In this document: one piece after another, positions 11,411 to 25,345 of the stretch | Position numbering within the stretch: the stretch's first letter is position 1 | Layout: every line of letters begins with the position of its first letter | Origin: Eledone cirrhosa | Lineage: Eukaryota | Reading direction: 5' to 3' | Assembly (NCBI GenBank): GCA_964016885.1 | Contig: OZ024740.1 | Coordinates: 197,408,001-197,472,000, forward strand | Length of the DNA stretch: 64,000 nucleotides | Notes under the pieces: model-generated | Told to the model about the DNA's origin: nothing | Databases searched by the model: none | Seen by the model: the letters and a program-made list of their open reading frames with translations, nothing else | Program-made: the position numbers and the translations under genes

Positions 11411-11523
11411 AGTATCATCACTATCATTGTTGAACGTGAGGAATGGACATGATTGATGATCGAAGTCGAGACTCTGAGCTTGGAATAGAGTTGAACTGTT
11501 TTATTCATTGTATTAAGATGCAA

Positions 11524-11690
11524 AGGCGGCGAGTTGACAGATTTGTTAGGGTACTGGATTAAAGAAAAACCTCCGGTATTTGTTCCGACCCGCTGCTCTC
11601 CGAATTCAAATTTCATCGAGGCCAACTTTGTCTTTCATTCTTTCGAGGTCGATAAATAAAGTACCACTCCAGTACTGGGGTCGAATTTTT
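11524..11690 (+). mobile_element. old S1-related SINE
   Basis: GAATTCAAAT..GAGGCCAACTTTGTCTTTCAT..GGTCGATAAATAAAGTACCA. Confidence 0.65.
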
Positions 11691-12591
11691 CTCTCTCTGT
11701 CTCCTATCTCCGAGAGAAATCGGCTGTGTTCCGACCTCGAGAATGGTGGGATCCATCCACCAAGCAAGTTTAAAATGTTTAAGACACACCGCATGTCAGG
11801 GTGATGTCCCTACAACTCCACCAGGAGTTAAAGGCCCTTTACTTATTAAGATGCAACAAAGTCAAAGTGATTCCCGACGAAGTTTTGATCGCAAATAGTG
11901 AGGCACTCACCTTAAGCATAGGAAATAAATGTTATGTATGTCAACTTTCGTCATTTCACCGCTGGAGGAGTCTTCATCAATTACAAATACATTATGTATG
12001 TTAGCAATAACTTAACTATGAAGTAAATCATGTTTGAGAATGTAGCAAATAAAAAATAAAATTAAAAATGACAATGGGAACAAGAAAAAAAAAACATAAA
12101 GAAGATTTACAAAACCAGTTTATTTTAAGGATTAAAAGCAATTATCTTTGAAAAAAAAAAAATCTTTTTCTGAATATGTCAACTATCATTACCAGAAATT
12201 TCTGGTCCATCGAAACTTTCCAGCGATTTCTCTTCAGTGAAGTTAAAATTAATATTTATTAACGACAAATGGATGTGGTTTGGAACGAGTTATCTCAGGC
12301 AGAATTTTAAAATAAAACATAATAATTGCTTTAAGACATTAGAAGCAGCTTCTGCATTCGTCTTCCATGACTCAACATTGTTGCTAATGTTTATTCAGGC
12401 GTCAAAGGAAAATAGAACATCTCCGCGAAAATCTTAACGAAATAACAAAATGGAAGGTCAGTGTTAGCTTATGGCAGACTAAATGTCGCCTGCCATTTTA
12501 AATTAAAGTGAAATTAAAGAAATATTCCCTTTTTTTTTAAAATATACATTCCTCTGCGAATTCTGTATCCTATACAACATACTTGTTAAGC

Positions 12592-12592
<1 letters not shown>

Positions 12593-12622
<30 letters not shown>

Positions 12623-13425
12623 CTTCTTCTTCTTCTTCTTCTTCTTCTTCTTCTTCTTCTTCTTCTTCTTCTTCTTCTTCTTCTTCTTCTTCTTCTTCTT
12701 CTTCTTCTTCTTCTTCTTCTGATCCGGCTGGATCCCCAAGCGTGACCAGCCTAGTTCATGGATGTTATCCAACCATCTTGCTCGGGGTCTATATCTGGTT
12801 AGTTTTGACCGTAAATTTGTCCAGCGATTCTTTTCTTAGACATTCTAACCACATGCCCATAGTATCGGAGCTGTGATCTCTCAATTCAGAGAAGTAGTGG
12901 CTCTACCAGGAGTGATTCTCTGATTTCCGAACTACGCACTATATCCAGTAACGTTACTCCAAAGACCATTTGGAGGTTCTCCATTTCAGCCGCTTGTATT
13001 CGCGATCGTATTCTTTCGGTTATTACCCAAGATTCATGACTATAGGTAAGGGTTGGCACGAATACTGAATTGAAGATAGCGAGTTTAGCTTTTACACCTA
13101 CCTTCCTTCTTCTGATTACCGAATGCTGAAGCTGGCGAATTACTACAACACCTCCTCTAATTCTTGCACTTAATTCAGCCTCCTGCCTTCCATCACTCGT
13201 GAACATGGCCCAGAGATATTTGAACTTCTCTACCTGCTTCAGTGAAACTCCATTCACACGTAAAGTGCACTGTGAAGGCTTTCTTGAGAGGACGAGTGCC
13301 TCAGTTTCCGCAGCACTGATTTTCATTCCAACAATGCAGCACTCGACATCAAACCTATCAAGTGCAAGCCGGAGATCACCTTCTGTTTAGTCAAGTAACA
13401 CTATATCGTCTGAAAATTCTAGCCG
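12593..13425 (-). mobile_element. RTE-clade fragment with a (GAA)n tail
   Basis: LKQVEKFKYL...PTLTYSHESW...RIQAAEM; followed on the minus strand by a long (GAA)n tract (12593-12719). Confidence 0.8.
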
Positions 13426-13532
13426 ACTCATTTTACACCCGCCTCCCGAAATCTACCCATTATTATTTCTCTGTTTCTTTTCTTAGTATTTCCTCGACAT
13501 TCACTACTATACATATAGATATCCGTGTGTGT

Positions 13533-13604
<72 letters not shown>

Positions 13605-13732
13605 TGTCCTTGTGATCGTTGCAGACGAGCTTGTTTCCCTTCCGTTTCCAGAAGGGGAAAATCCGTTTCCAGAAGGGGAAAATGATATCCCGGGTCTAGT
13701 CATTTGGAAGCCGCTCTGACACTCATACATGG

Positions 13733-13810
13733 AAAGATAGTAAAGTTGACCTCGATGGGATTTGAACTCAGATCGTAGAGAGCTGGAACAAATATGCCAA
13801 ACACCGATTA
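13733..13810 (-). mobile_element. partial S1-related SINE
   Basis: AAAGTTGACCTCGATGGGATTTGAACTCAGA core. Confidence 0.55.
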
Positions 13811-14761
13811 CAGTATTATTGCTCCTATAATGGCGAAATTTAGACTCACTGCAGTAACCAAACACGTATATGAACCAATATACAATACGTCTATTTTTAA
13901 TAAACATATATTTAGTCTAGCTGGTGAAGTTTTAGCTATGATTATGCCATAACAGTTTCAACGGTAAGAACGACTAAGAACAGTAGATACATATATTTTA
14001 TAGTCGTTTCTGTTCGTTAGCATTCATTTACGCCCAGAATGCTAACAGTTATTAACACAGTCATTAAATATGTTTATTTTTGCTGTTGTTGTTTAATCTC
14101 CATGGAAACCTGCCAACCTCTAAAAACCCAAACAGGGAGTGCCATGAAAAAAAGTACCCCAAAACAGGGAGAAATGAAGCAAAATGTGGAGATTTTACAT
14201 AATGAAAGCTATACCCATTTTCACAAGAGAAGACATCTCTCCTCCACCCAAAGATCTCCCTGTCGGATGGGGACAGTTGACAGGTCTGCCTATGTCACCC
14301 CTGATCTAGCAAACCATTGATCAATGACCATCCAATATATTTGTATCTATGGGGATTACATTGTCCAATAGTCAATTAAGTAAGCCATTATTGCAATTAA
14401 TTTAGACATCAGTTAATCGAAATTATTAGTTTTACACAACACACATCCAATCTTTAACTCTGGCTCACAATACAAAACATATATGGATGTTCAGAACAGA
14501 ATACAACAGTTTGTCCTTCTAATCGAATACCTTATAGGAATTTATTTGAATTTACTTCAATTATATTACCTGTGATGAGAACGACATTTTTAATGTAAAG
14601 ATTGTAGGGAGTTGTGGGGAGATTCATGTAGAAATTCTGTCAGCTGTTAGTGATATTTACTTTTATTAAACGTCTGTTGGACATCATGTATGTATGTATG
14701 TATGTATGTATGTATGTATGTATGTATGTATGTATGTATGTATGTATGTATGTATGTATGT

Positions 14762-17597
14762 ATGTGTATATGCTTTGTATCTGTACATGTGTATATGCAG
14801 TTATTAGATGCAAAATCTTTGGAATGTTTTACATATTTTTACTGTTCAATTAATGGATTGTACTTGTAATTTCCTAACTAGTTGTGTTCTTTCTGTTCCT
14901 GTGAAGCCTAGCTTCTCAAGATTTGTATTGAGGCAGTTACTAACATATCCCAGTGCCCCAATAACCACAGGCATAAATCTGAAGGTGTAATCAGGGTGGA
15001 GTATCTGCAGATTTCTCACCAGTTCTGTATAAATATTCTCCTTTTCACTAATCTTTGATATTATATTGGCATCTGCTGGGCAGCTAATTTCCACTACTGT
15101 GCATGTTTTCTTCTCTCTGTCCCATATCATAATATCTGGTCTGTTATGCCTGCATTTTATTGGGGTTTTTACTGGAACATTCCACCAGTACTCTTTCATA
15201 TTATGTACATAGATGTCTTCCACATTGTTGTAGCTTTTAATGTGTTTATTATCGGGGCTATCTTTTTTACGAACTGCATTGTACAGTGTTTTGGCCACTA
15301 CATCATGCCTCATAGGTAGATAGTACCGCGATGACATCTTTGGACAGCTGCTGATGACATGGGTGATATCCTCGATGTTAGTTCTGCAGAGTCTGCACTT
15401 GTTATCACATCTAGGTGTTTTGACTGCATCCCTATCTCTTTTGTGAATCAGGTATCTCGTGCTAATCTCCTGTTCCTGGATTGCAAAAGCGTATCCTTCA
15501 AAGTAGGAGCCAATATAGCGGTTGTTGGTCCAAGAGAGAATACTTTTTTTTATCTATATTACTCTGACTCTGGAGCTTCCTGGCAACATATCCATGCATG
15601 ATCTTTTGCTGATAGGCATGCAGTTTTTCATCCATGGATTCACTGCGATACTGCTGAGCGACATCCCTGGGTGTGAGTTTTTGATTATCACACAGGGAAT
15701 ATCTCTCAAGGAGTTCCTTCCCAACTCTCATGATCTTATCTGTTTCATGCAGATAGACTTGCTCGAGAAACGGGCTCCTACGCTTCGAGGTTCGTAGATG
15801 TTGTCGGAGAGATATGATGCGACATTCAAATGTTGTCTGGACTGATGTTAGGCCTCTGCCTCCCTGCTTACGTTTCAAGTAAAGGCGGTCTATATCACTG
15901 TTGATGTGGAAGTTTCCGGTGATGTTCAGTATTTTTCGAGTTCCAACATCAACTGCTCGGATTTCGTTTATCGTCAAATTAAGTATTCAAAACGTTGGTG
16001 TTAGGACAGGCACAGCAAACACATTGTGAGCCACTGTTTTGTTTTGCGCAGAGAGTTCCAATGACCAGATCTTTCTTAATCGGGTGTAGTATCCCCTGGT
16101 TACGCGTTCTTTATTACAGATACCATTATAGGATATGTTCTCATATATCCCCAGGTATCTGTAGCAGTCCTCATCAGATATCGGTAAAACGGTTAGGCCA
16201 TTGATGACAATGTTGCTAGATTGGGTTGTTGTTTTTCCCCGCTTTACAGTCATGTATGAGCATTTATCTTGGCCAAACTCCATTCCTATATCCTTTGAGA
16301 ACGGTGTAACCAGGTCAAGATTTTTCTTCATCCCATCCATGTTCTTGGCATAGAGTTTCAGATCGTCCACAAAGATATTATGGGTTAGGTTCGTATTTCT
16401 GTCCTCCTGTGAGCCAATGATGTATCCCTCACATTTCTTGAGCAGAAAGGACAAGGGGTTTAAGGACAAGGGGTTTAATGACAAGATGAATAATATCACA
16501 GAGAGTGTGTCCCCCTGAAATATACTCCTGCAATATTTTATTTTATCAGTGAAAATAGAGTCTTCCCTCTCTGTCTTTAACCTTAGGATAGTAGCCCAAG
16601 AAGAAGATAGCCTCTCTATGGCTCTGACAATAATGTCTGGGACTTTAGCAAGTTGGAGGGCCTCTATCATCCAAGAGTGGGGAACAGAATCGAAAGCTTT
16701 CCTGTACTCCAGCCAGACTGTAGTCATATTCCTCCTAAGTTGTCGCACCTCCGACATCGCAGTTTTGTTGATTAGGAGTTGTTCAGCACATCCCCAAACC
16801 CCTTTCTTTCCAGCTGCTTGTTCATCTGTGATGATGTTATTATTTTCACAGTGATCTTGGAGGAATAGGTTCAGGCAGGCTGTCTTATACATCAGGTTCT
16901 GCCATGCAATGGGTCGGTAGTTTTTTGCCAAGTGGGTGTCTTTGTTCTTGGGGACCAGTAATGTTTGTGCTAATGTCAACCATTCTGGTATAAGTGTATC
17001 TCCCTTAAGAACTTGTTGGTAGAGGTCAGTAAGATACCTCCGTTAGAATATCAATTTTTTGTACCAGTGGCCGACAATCATGTCTCTTCCTGGTGTTTTC
17101 TTGTCTTGGAGTTTTCCTATCACAGTCTCAAGGATACCCTCACTTATTTCGTATGTTTTTGTTGTAGTGTAGGAGCAATAGTTCTTTCGGATGTCTCTTA
17201 GCCCCATTGCATCTTGGTTGAAATTCTTCTTTTCATCCCATATTTTTCTCCAAAAGGAATCTATGTTTTTCTGGGATGGGCCCTCAGTGACACTTATTAT
17301 TTTGCCCTTCATATCTCTATAGACTGATGTTTGGTTTCGTCTGAATCTTTTATTAAGCACTTTTCTCTCATCTACCTTCTTCAGGTATCGGCGTTTTTCG
17401 CTAACAGCTCTCAATTCTTGTTTGAGGGTGATCAGCTTATATTGGAGAGTTCTGGTTCTACTGTTACCAAACATCGTCTCTATTTTATTTTTCACTCTTT
17501 GTTGGTGAGGAGTGAGGTTTTTTTGTGTTTGTTTGCATGTAAGGAGCATTGTCACATATCCTATGTTTTTTCGTAGGTCAGCAATCCTTTTTTCTAT
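14762..17597 (-). mobile_element. long R4-type family B copy (RT, CCHC, RLE; frameshifted)
   Basis: YRPIA, YRKAFDSVPHSW, IFQGDTLS, FVDDLKLY, YRYLG, RHD and RPD motifs; (TATG)n on both sides. Confidence 0.9.
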
Positions 17598-17674
17598 GTA
17601 TGTATGTATGTATGTATGTATGTATGTATGTATGTATGTATGTATGTATGTATGTATGTATGTATGTATGTATG

Positions 17675-18147
17675 TTCTTCTGGTTTTATAATTTCACAAA
17701 GTTTTACCAATAGAGAGAGAGTCGGTTTCTAACATAGACACAAGACTCTCTCATTGGAATTTACACATCAACTAGGTAGATACGTATGTATGCATGTGTA
17801 GATATGGATGTTATTGTATGTGTGGATGTGTATGTTTTGAGTTGTATGTGTGCATGTGTATATGCTTTGTATGTGTACATGTGTATATGCAGTTATTAGA
17901 TGCAACATTTTTGGAATGTTTTACATATTTTTACTGTTCCATTAATGGATTGTACTTGTAGTTTCCTAACTAGTTAACTAGTTGTGTTCTTTCTGTTCCT
18001 GTGAAGCCTAGCTTCTCAAGATTTGTATTGAGGCAGTTGCTAACATATCCCAATGCCCCAATAATCACAGGCATAAATCTGAAGGTGTAATCAGGGTGGA
18101 GTATCTGCAGATTTCTCATCAGTTCTGCATAAATATTCTCCTTTTCA
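17675..18147 (-). mobile_element. R4-type family B, 5'-truncated
   Basis: Same 3' UTR and RLE C-terminus as 4514; TATG-flanked. Confidence 0.85.
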
Positions 18148-18233
18148 TGTATGTATGTATGTATGTATGTATGTATGTATGTATGTATGTATGTATGTAT
18201 GTATGTATGTATGTATGTATGTATGTATGTATG

Positions 18234-18510
18234 TTATCTCTTTCTCTTAATTTCGAATATATTTTTTTGACCGGCCACCTTCCTGGAGGCAAGGTTGTAA
18301 AAGAAAAGAAATTGTCATCCCTTGAATCGCAAGAATGTTTTGCAAATTTTGAAGGTGCCAGCAATCGCAGCCAATTGTAGACTATGAATTACGGAGCTGC
18401 GCTCTTTGTCCGCAAATCCAAGTTCAGTCATACTTTGAATACTGGATTTGTAAACTCCTCATCAATGGTCCGTAGATGTCCTCCTTCTGCATTTTTCTGA
18501 CAACGTTTAC
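18234..18510 (-). mobile_element. R4-type family A, truncated with an internal deletion
   Basis: Matches 4005-4350. Confidence 0.85.
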
Positions 18511-18544
18511 TATGTATGTATGTTTGTATGTATGTATGTATGTA

Positions 18545-19117
18545 TTCGAGTACAACCTGTCCCATAGTCGGGTCGTTGGCGACTAAACTGGCAACTCCAC
18601 CAAGGTTTCTTGGTGAGGAGGGTGACTTTGGACATCCTGCAGGACTAAAAACAAAACCTGTCAAAGGGCAAAGGAGCTCTTAAGAGTCAATGGCCATCCA
18701 AAATCACCGGGAGAGATGACCCCTTAGCCTTTGTCAAGGCAGAATTCTAGGAGAAGGAAAACTCTGATATAACACCTGCAACCCTGATGGTATCCAATGA
18801 TGTTGACTTGTTCTTCTTTTTGGTAAATATCATCTTGGTTAAGAGAGTGGGACTGGCTTTGTGCAGTGCCTTTGCTCACTATAAAAGCTTCACGGCACAG
18901 GCATTGCTTTATATCTGGAGATCTCTCTGCACTTGTCGTCACATGGTACCAAGAGCCCAGCACTATGTGTCAACAATTGTCACAAGTGTAGTGTTTGTAC
19001 CAGAGTTTTCAAGTCGCTAGCTGGACTAAAAAGTCACACTCGTTCAGCGCATCGGTAGGGGTTCTCCTACATGGATATAAAGTAGTGGCCGTACTCGAAA
19101 ACGAGTTGGCAGCCACC
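18545..19117 (+). mobile_element. RS1 copy
   Basis: Near-identical to 22410-22985 and similar to 5413-6013. Confidence 0.85.
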
Positions 19118-19172
19118 ATGTATGTATGTATGTATGTATGTATGTATGTATGTATGTATGTATGTATGTATG

Positions 19173-21874
19173 TTCTTCTGGTTTTATAATTTCACAAAGT
19201 TTTATCAATAGAGAGAGAGTCGGTTTCTAACATAGACACAAGACTCTCTCATTGGAATTTACACAACACCAACTAGGTAGATATGTATGTATGCATGCAT
19301 GTGTAGATATGGATGTTATTGTATGTGTGGATGTGTATGTTTTGAGTTGTATGTGTGCATGTGTATATGCTTTGTATCTGTACATGTGTATATGCAGTTA
19401 TTAGATGCAAAATTTTTGGAATGTTTTACATATTTTTACTGTTCCATTAATGGATTGTACTTGTAATTTTCTAACTAGTTGTGTTATTTCTGTTCCTGTG
19501 AAGCCTAGCTTCTCAAGATTTGTATTGAGGCAGTTACTAACATATCCCAGTGCCCCAATAATCACAGGCATAAATCTGAAGGTGTAATCAGGGTGGAGTA
19601 TCTGCAGATTTCTCATCAGTTCTGCATAAATATTCTCCTTTTCACTAATCTTTGATATTATATTGGGATCTGCTGGGCAGCTAATTTCCACTATTGTGCA
19701 TGTTTTCTTCTCCCTGTCCCATATAATATCTGGTCTGTTATGCCTGCATTTTATGGGGTTTTTACTGGAACATTCCACCAGTACTCTTTCATATTTTGTA
19801 CATGGATGTCTTGCACATTGTTGTAGCTTTTAATGTGTTTATTATCGGGGCTATCTTTTTTACGAACTGCATTGTACAGTGTTTTGGCCACTACATCATG
19901 CCTCATAGGTAGATAGTACCGCGATGACATCTTTGGGCAGCTGCTGATGACATGGTTGATATCCTCGATGTTAGTTCTGCAGAGTCTGCACTTGTTATCA
20001 CATCTAGGTGTTTTGCCTGCATCCCTATCTCTTTTGTGAATCAGGTATTTCGTGCTAATCTCCTGTTCCTGGATTGCAAAAGCGTATCCTTCAAAGTAGG
20101 AGCCAATATAGCGGTTGTTGGTCCAAGATAGACTACTTTCCTTATCTATATTACTCTCACTTTGGAGCTTCCTGGCAACATATCCATGCATGATTTTTTG
20201 CTGATAGGCATGCAGTTTATCATCCATGGATTCACTGCGATACTGCTGAGCGACATCCCTGGGTGTGAGTTTTTGATTATCACACAGGGAATATCTCTCA
20301 AGGAGTTCCTTCCCAACTTTCATGATCTTATCGGTTTCATGCAGATAGACTTGCTCGAGAAGCGGACTCCTACGCTTCGAGGTTCGTAGATGTTGTCGGA
20401 GAGATATGATGCGACATTCAAATGTTGTCTGGACGATGTTAGGCCTCTGCCTCCCTGCTTACGTTTCAAGTAAAGGCGGTCTATGTCACTGTTGATGTGG
20501 AAGTTTCCGGTGATGTTCAGTATTTTTCGAGTTCCAACATCAACTGCTCGGATTTCATCTATCGTCCAATTGAGTATTCCAAACGTTGGTGTTAGGACAG
20601 GCACAGCAAACACATTGTGAGCCACTGTTTTGTTTTGCGCAGAGAGTGCCGATGACCAGAACTTTCTTAATCGGGTGTAGTATTCCCTGGTTACGCGTTC
20701 TTTATTACAGATAACATTATAGGATATGTTCTCATTTATCCCCAGGTATCTGTAGCAGTCCTCATCAGATATCGGTGAAACAGTTAGACCATTGATGACA
20801 ATGTTGCTAGATTGGGTTGTTGTTTTGCCCCGCTTTACAGTTATGTATGAGCATTTATCCTGGCCAAACTCCATTCCTATATCCTTTGAGAACGGTGTAA
20901 CCAGGTCAAGATTTTTCTTCATCCCATCCATGTTCTTGGCATAGAGTTTCAGATCTTCCACAAAGAAGTTATGGGTTAGGTTCGTATTTCTGTCCTCCTG
21001 TGAGCCAATGATGTACCCCTCACATTTCTTGAGCAGAAAGGACAAGGGGTTTAGTGACAAGATGAACAATATCACAGAGAGACTGTTCCCCTGCAATATT
21101 TTATTTTATCAGTGAAAATAGAGTCCTCCCTCGCTGTCTTTAACCTTAGGATAGTAGCCCAAGAAGAAGACAGCCTCTCTATGGCTCTGACAATAATGTC
21201 TGGGACTTTAGCAAGTTGGAGGGCCTCTATCATCCAAGAGTGGGGAACAGAGTCGAAAGCTTTCTTGTAGTCCAGCCAGACTGTAGTCATATTCCTTCTA
21301 AGTTGTCGCACCTCCGACATCGCAATTTTGTTGATTAGGAGTTGTTCAGCACATCCCCAAACACTTTTCTTTCCAGCTGCTTGTTCATCTGTGATGATGT
21401 TATTATTTTCACAGTGATCTTGGAGGAATAGGTTCAGGCAGGCTGTATACATCTTATACATCAGGTTCTGCCATGCAATGGGTCGGTAGTTTTTTTCCAA
21501 GTGGGTCTCTTTGTTCTTGGGGACCAGAAACGTTTGTGCTAATGTCAACCATTCTAGTATAAGTGTATCTCCCTTAAGAACTTGTTGCTAGAGGTCAGTA
21601 AGATACCTCCGATAGAATATCAGTTTTTTGTACCAGTAGTCGACAATCATGTCTCTTCCTGGTGTTTTCTTATCTTGGAGTTTTCCTATCACAGTCTCAA
21701 GGCTACCCTCACTTATTTCATATGTTTTTGTTGTAGTGTAGGAGCAATAGTTCTTTCGGATTTCTCTTAGTCACACTGCATCTTGGTTGAAATTCTTCTT
21801 TTCACCCCATATTTTTCTCCAAAAGGAATCTATGTCTTTCTGGGATGGGGCCTCAGTGACACTTATTATTTTGT
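19173..21874 (-). mobile_element. long R4-type family B copy (frameshifted)
   Basis: DYKKAFDSVPHSW, QGNSLS, CRLC..HVISSC, RHD and RPD; paralogous to 14762-17300. Confidence 0.9.
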
Positions 21875-21921
21875 AAGTATGTATGTATGTATGTATGTAT
21901 GTATGTATGTATGTATGTATG

Positions 21922-22345
21922 TATCTCTTTCTCTTAATTTCGAGTATATTTTTTTTGACCGGCCACCTTCCTGGTGGCAAGGTTGTAAAAGAAAAGAAAT
22001 TGTCATCCCTTGAATCGCAAGAATGTTTTGCAAAGTTTGAAGGTGCCAGCTATCGCAGCCATTTGTAGACTATGAATTAAGGCGCTGCGCTTTTTGTCCG
22101 CACATGCAAGTTCAGTCATACTTTGGTCCAAGCGGGTTGGTATATATCGCGTAGCACCAATAATGATGGGTATAAAGCTAAAGGTGTATCTTGGATACTG
22201 GATTTGTAAACTCCTCATCAATGGTCCGTAGATGTCCTCCTTCTCCTGTATTTTTCTGACAACGTTTACATCAAGTGGGCAGCTGATCTCCACAACAGAA
22301 CACGTTTTCAATGTGTGGTCCCAAACAACAATATCAGGCCGGTTG
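21922..22345 (-). mobile_element. R4-type family A, 5'-truncated
   Basis: Same extent as 4005-4429. Confidence 0.85.
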
Positions 22346-22409
22346 TATGTATGTATGTATGTATGTATGTATGTATGTATGTATGTATGTATGTATGTAT
22401 GTATGTATG

Positions 22410-22985
22410 TATCCCAGTACAACCTGTCTCATGGTCGGGTCGTTGGCGACTAAACTGGCAACCCCACCAAGGTTTCTTGGTGAGGAGGGTGACTTTGGAC
22501 ATCCTGCAGGACGAAAAACAAAACCTGTCATAGGACAAAGGAGCTCTTAAGAGTCAATGGCCATCCAAAATCACCGGGAGAGATGACCCCTTAGCCTTTG
22601 TCAAGGCAGAATTCTAGGAGAAGGAAAACTCTGATAAAACACCTGCAACCCTGATGGTATCCAATGATGTTGACTTGTTCTTCTTTTTGGTAAATATCAT
22701 CTTGGTTAAGAGAGTGGGACTGGCTTTGTGCAGTGCTTTTGCTCACTATAAAAGCTTCACGGCACAGGCATTGCTTTATATCTGGAGATCTCTCTGCACT
22801 TGTCGTCACATGGTACCAAGAGCCCAGCACTATGTGTCAACAATTGTCACAAGTGTAGTGTTTGTACCAGAGTTTTCAAGTCGCTAGCTGGACTAAAAAG
22901 TCACACTCGTTCAGCGCATCGGTAGGGGTTCTCCTACATGGATATAAAGTAGTGGCCGTACTCGAAAACGAATTGGCAGCCACCA
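22410..22985 (+). mobile_element. RS1 copy
   Basis: Same structure as the other RS1 copies; TATG-flanked. Confidence 0.85.
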
Positions 22986-23035
22986 TGTATGTATGTATGT
23001 ATGTATGTATGTATGTATGTATGTATGTATGTATG

Positions 23036-23321
23036 TTATCTCTTTCTCTTAATTTCGAGTATATTTTTTTTGACCAGCCACCTTCCCGGTGGCAAGGTTG
23101 TAAAAGAAAAGAAATTGTCATCCCTTGAATCGCAAGAATGTTTTGCAAATTTTGAAGGTGCCAGCTATCGCAGCCATTTGTAGACTATGAATTAGGGAGC
23201 TGCGCTTTTTGTCCGCAAATCCAAGTTCAGTCATACTTTGGTCCAAGCGGGTTGGTATATAACCCGTAGCTCCAATAAAGATGGGTATGAAGCTAAAGGT
23301 GTATCTTGGATACTGGATTTG
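23036..23321 (-). mobile_element. R4-type family A, short
   Basis: Matches 4005-4290. Confidence 0.85.
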
Positions 23322-23424
23322 TATGTATGTATGTATGTATGTATGTATGTATGTATGTATGTATGTATGTATGTATGTATGTATGTATGTATGTATGTAT
23401 GTATGTATGTATGTATGTATGTAT

Positions 23425-23842
23425 GTTCTTCTGGTTTTATAATTTCACAAATTTTTTCCCAATAGAGAGAGAGTCGGTTTCTAACATAGACACAAGACTC
23501 TCTCATTGGAATTTACACAACATCAACTAGGTAGATTATGTATGCATGCATGCATGTGTAGATATGGATGTTATTGTATGTGTTGATGTGCATGTTTTGA
23601 GTTGTATGTGAGCATGTGTATATGCTTTGTATCTGTACATGTGTATAAGCAGTTATTAGATGCAACATTTTTGGAATGTTTTACATATTTTTACTGTTCC
23701 ATTAATGGATTGTACTTGTAATTTCTTAACTAGTTGTGTTCTTTCTGTTCCTGTGAAGCCTAGCTTCTCAAGATTTGTATTGAGGCAGCTACTAACATAC
23801 CCCAGTATATTCAGGCATAAATCTGAATGTGAAATCAGGGTA
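23425..23842 (-). mobile_element. R4-type family B, 5'-truncated
   Basis: Same truncation point and diagnostic bases as 4514-4911. Confidence 0.85.
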
Positions 23843-24144
23843 TCTATGTATGTATGTATGTATGTATGTATGTATGTATGTATGTATGTATGTATGTATG
23901 TATGTATGTATGTATGTATGTATGTATGCATGTATGCATGTATGTATGTATGTGTAAGTATGTATGTATGTATGTATGTGTAAATATGTATGTATGTATG
24001 TATGTACGAGTGTGTATGTATGTATGTGTATGTATGTGTATGTATGTATGTATGTGCGTGTATGTATGTATGTATGTATGTATGTATGTATGTTTGAGTG
24101 TATGTATGAATGTATGCACGTAGGTATTTATGTATGTATATATG

Positions 24145-24176
<32 letters not shown>

Positions 24177-24459
24177 TGTATGTATGTATATATATGTGAG
24201 TGTGTGTCTATATATGTATTTATGTATGCATGTAGATGTTCGTATATATATAAGTATGTATACGTACATACACATATGTATACAGATGTACAGTTGTATG
24301 TATATATATACATACATACATGCACACATATATATATATGTACGTATGGATTCACCGAACATTTATTATAATGTTCGGTGTGTTTGTAAACAAACATCCC
24401 GTATTAAGCCGTTGTGTCTAGCAACCATCGTTGCTCGTTTGTTCAACACTGACAAAGGA

Positions 24460-24502
24460 ACGCTGTACTAGTTTCAAGCTTATTAGCTATCGTCAGCAAC
24501 GT
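24460..24502 (-). ncRNA. minimal type I hammerhead ribozyme
   Basis: ACGUUG-CUGACGA-U-AGCU aaua AGCU-U-GAAA-CUAG-UA-CAGCGU: intact core, 6-bp stem I, palindromic stem III. Confidence 0.85.
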
Positions 24503-24913
24503 ATACCTTCCTGCCAGATGGTTGAACGTCTGAAAGTATATACTTTCCTTATGCATATTAACGGCTGAGCAGCCTAATTTTCGTATCGAGTGGGTTAATC
24601 GGCCGGGTGCACCGAAAACGATAAACGGAAAAAATGAAACGAAATTTCATTTCCCACTCTTAGTACGGCTGTTACTTAAATATACGTATGTATACGTACA
24701 TACATATATGTATACAGACGTACAGTAGTATGTATATATATATACATACATGCACACATATATATATATGTACGTATGGATTCACCGAACATTTATTATA
24801 ATGCTCGGTGTGTTTGTAAACAAACATCCCGTATTAAGTCGTGTGGGTTAATCGACCGGGTGCACCGAAAACGATAAACGGAAAAAAATGAAACGAAATT
24901 TCATTTCCCACTC

Positions 24914-24953
24914 TTGCTGACGATAGCTAATAAGCTTGAAACTAGTACAGCGT
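24914..24953 (+). ncRNA. hammerhead ribozyme with stem I truncated by the inversion junction
   Basis: TTG-CTGACGA-TAGCTAATAAGCTT-GAAACTAGTA-CAGCGT. Confidence 0.7.
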
Positions 24954-25214
24954 TCCTTTGTCAGTGTTGAACAAACGAGCAACGATGGTTGCTAGACACT
25001 ACGGCTTAATACGTGATGTTTGTTTACAAACACACTGAGCATTATAATAAATGTTCGGTGAATCCATACGTATATATATATATGTGTGCATGTATGTATA
25101 TATATATACATACTACTGTACGTCTGTATACATATATGTATGTACGTATACATACTTATATTTAAGTAACAGCTGTACTAAGAGTGGGAAATGAAATTTC
25201 GTTTCATTTTTTCC

Positions 25215-25255
<41 letters not shown>

Positions 25256-25275
25256 TATATATATATACACATACA

Positions 25276-25345
<70 letters not shown>

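Larger units (their letters stand above)
24245..25220. mobile_element. non-coding Penelope-like terminal repeat/retrozyme-like element: 432-bp unit in tandem plus an inverted copy
   Basis: Period 432 (24254 vs 24686); inversion point near 24914; carries hammerhead motifs. Confidence 0.75.

Noticed and set aside
14690-23850. CRISPR-like alternation of repeats and spacers
   Set aside because: The repeats are variable-length microsatellites, the spacers are retrotransposon pieces, and the context is eukaryotic with no cas genes.
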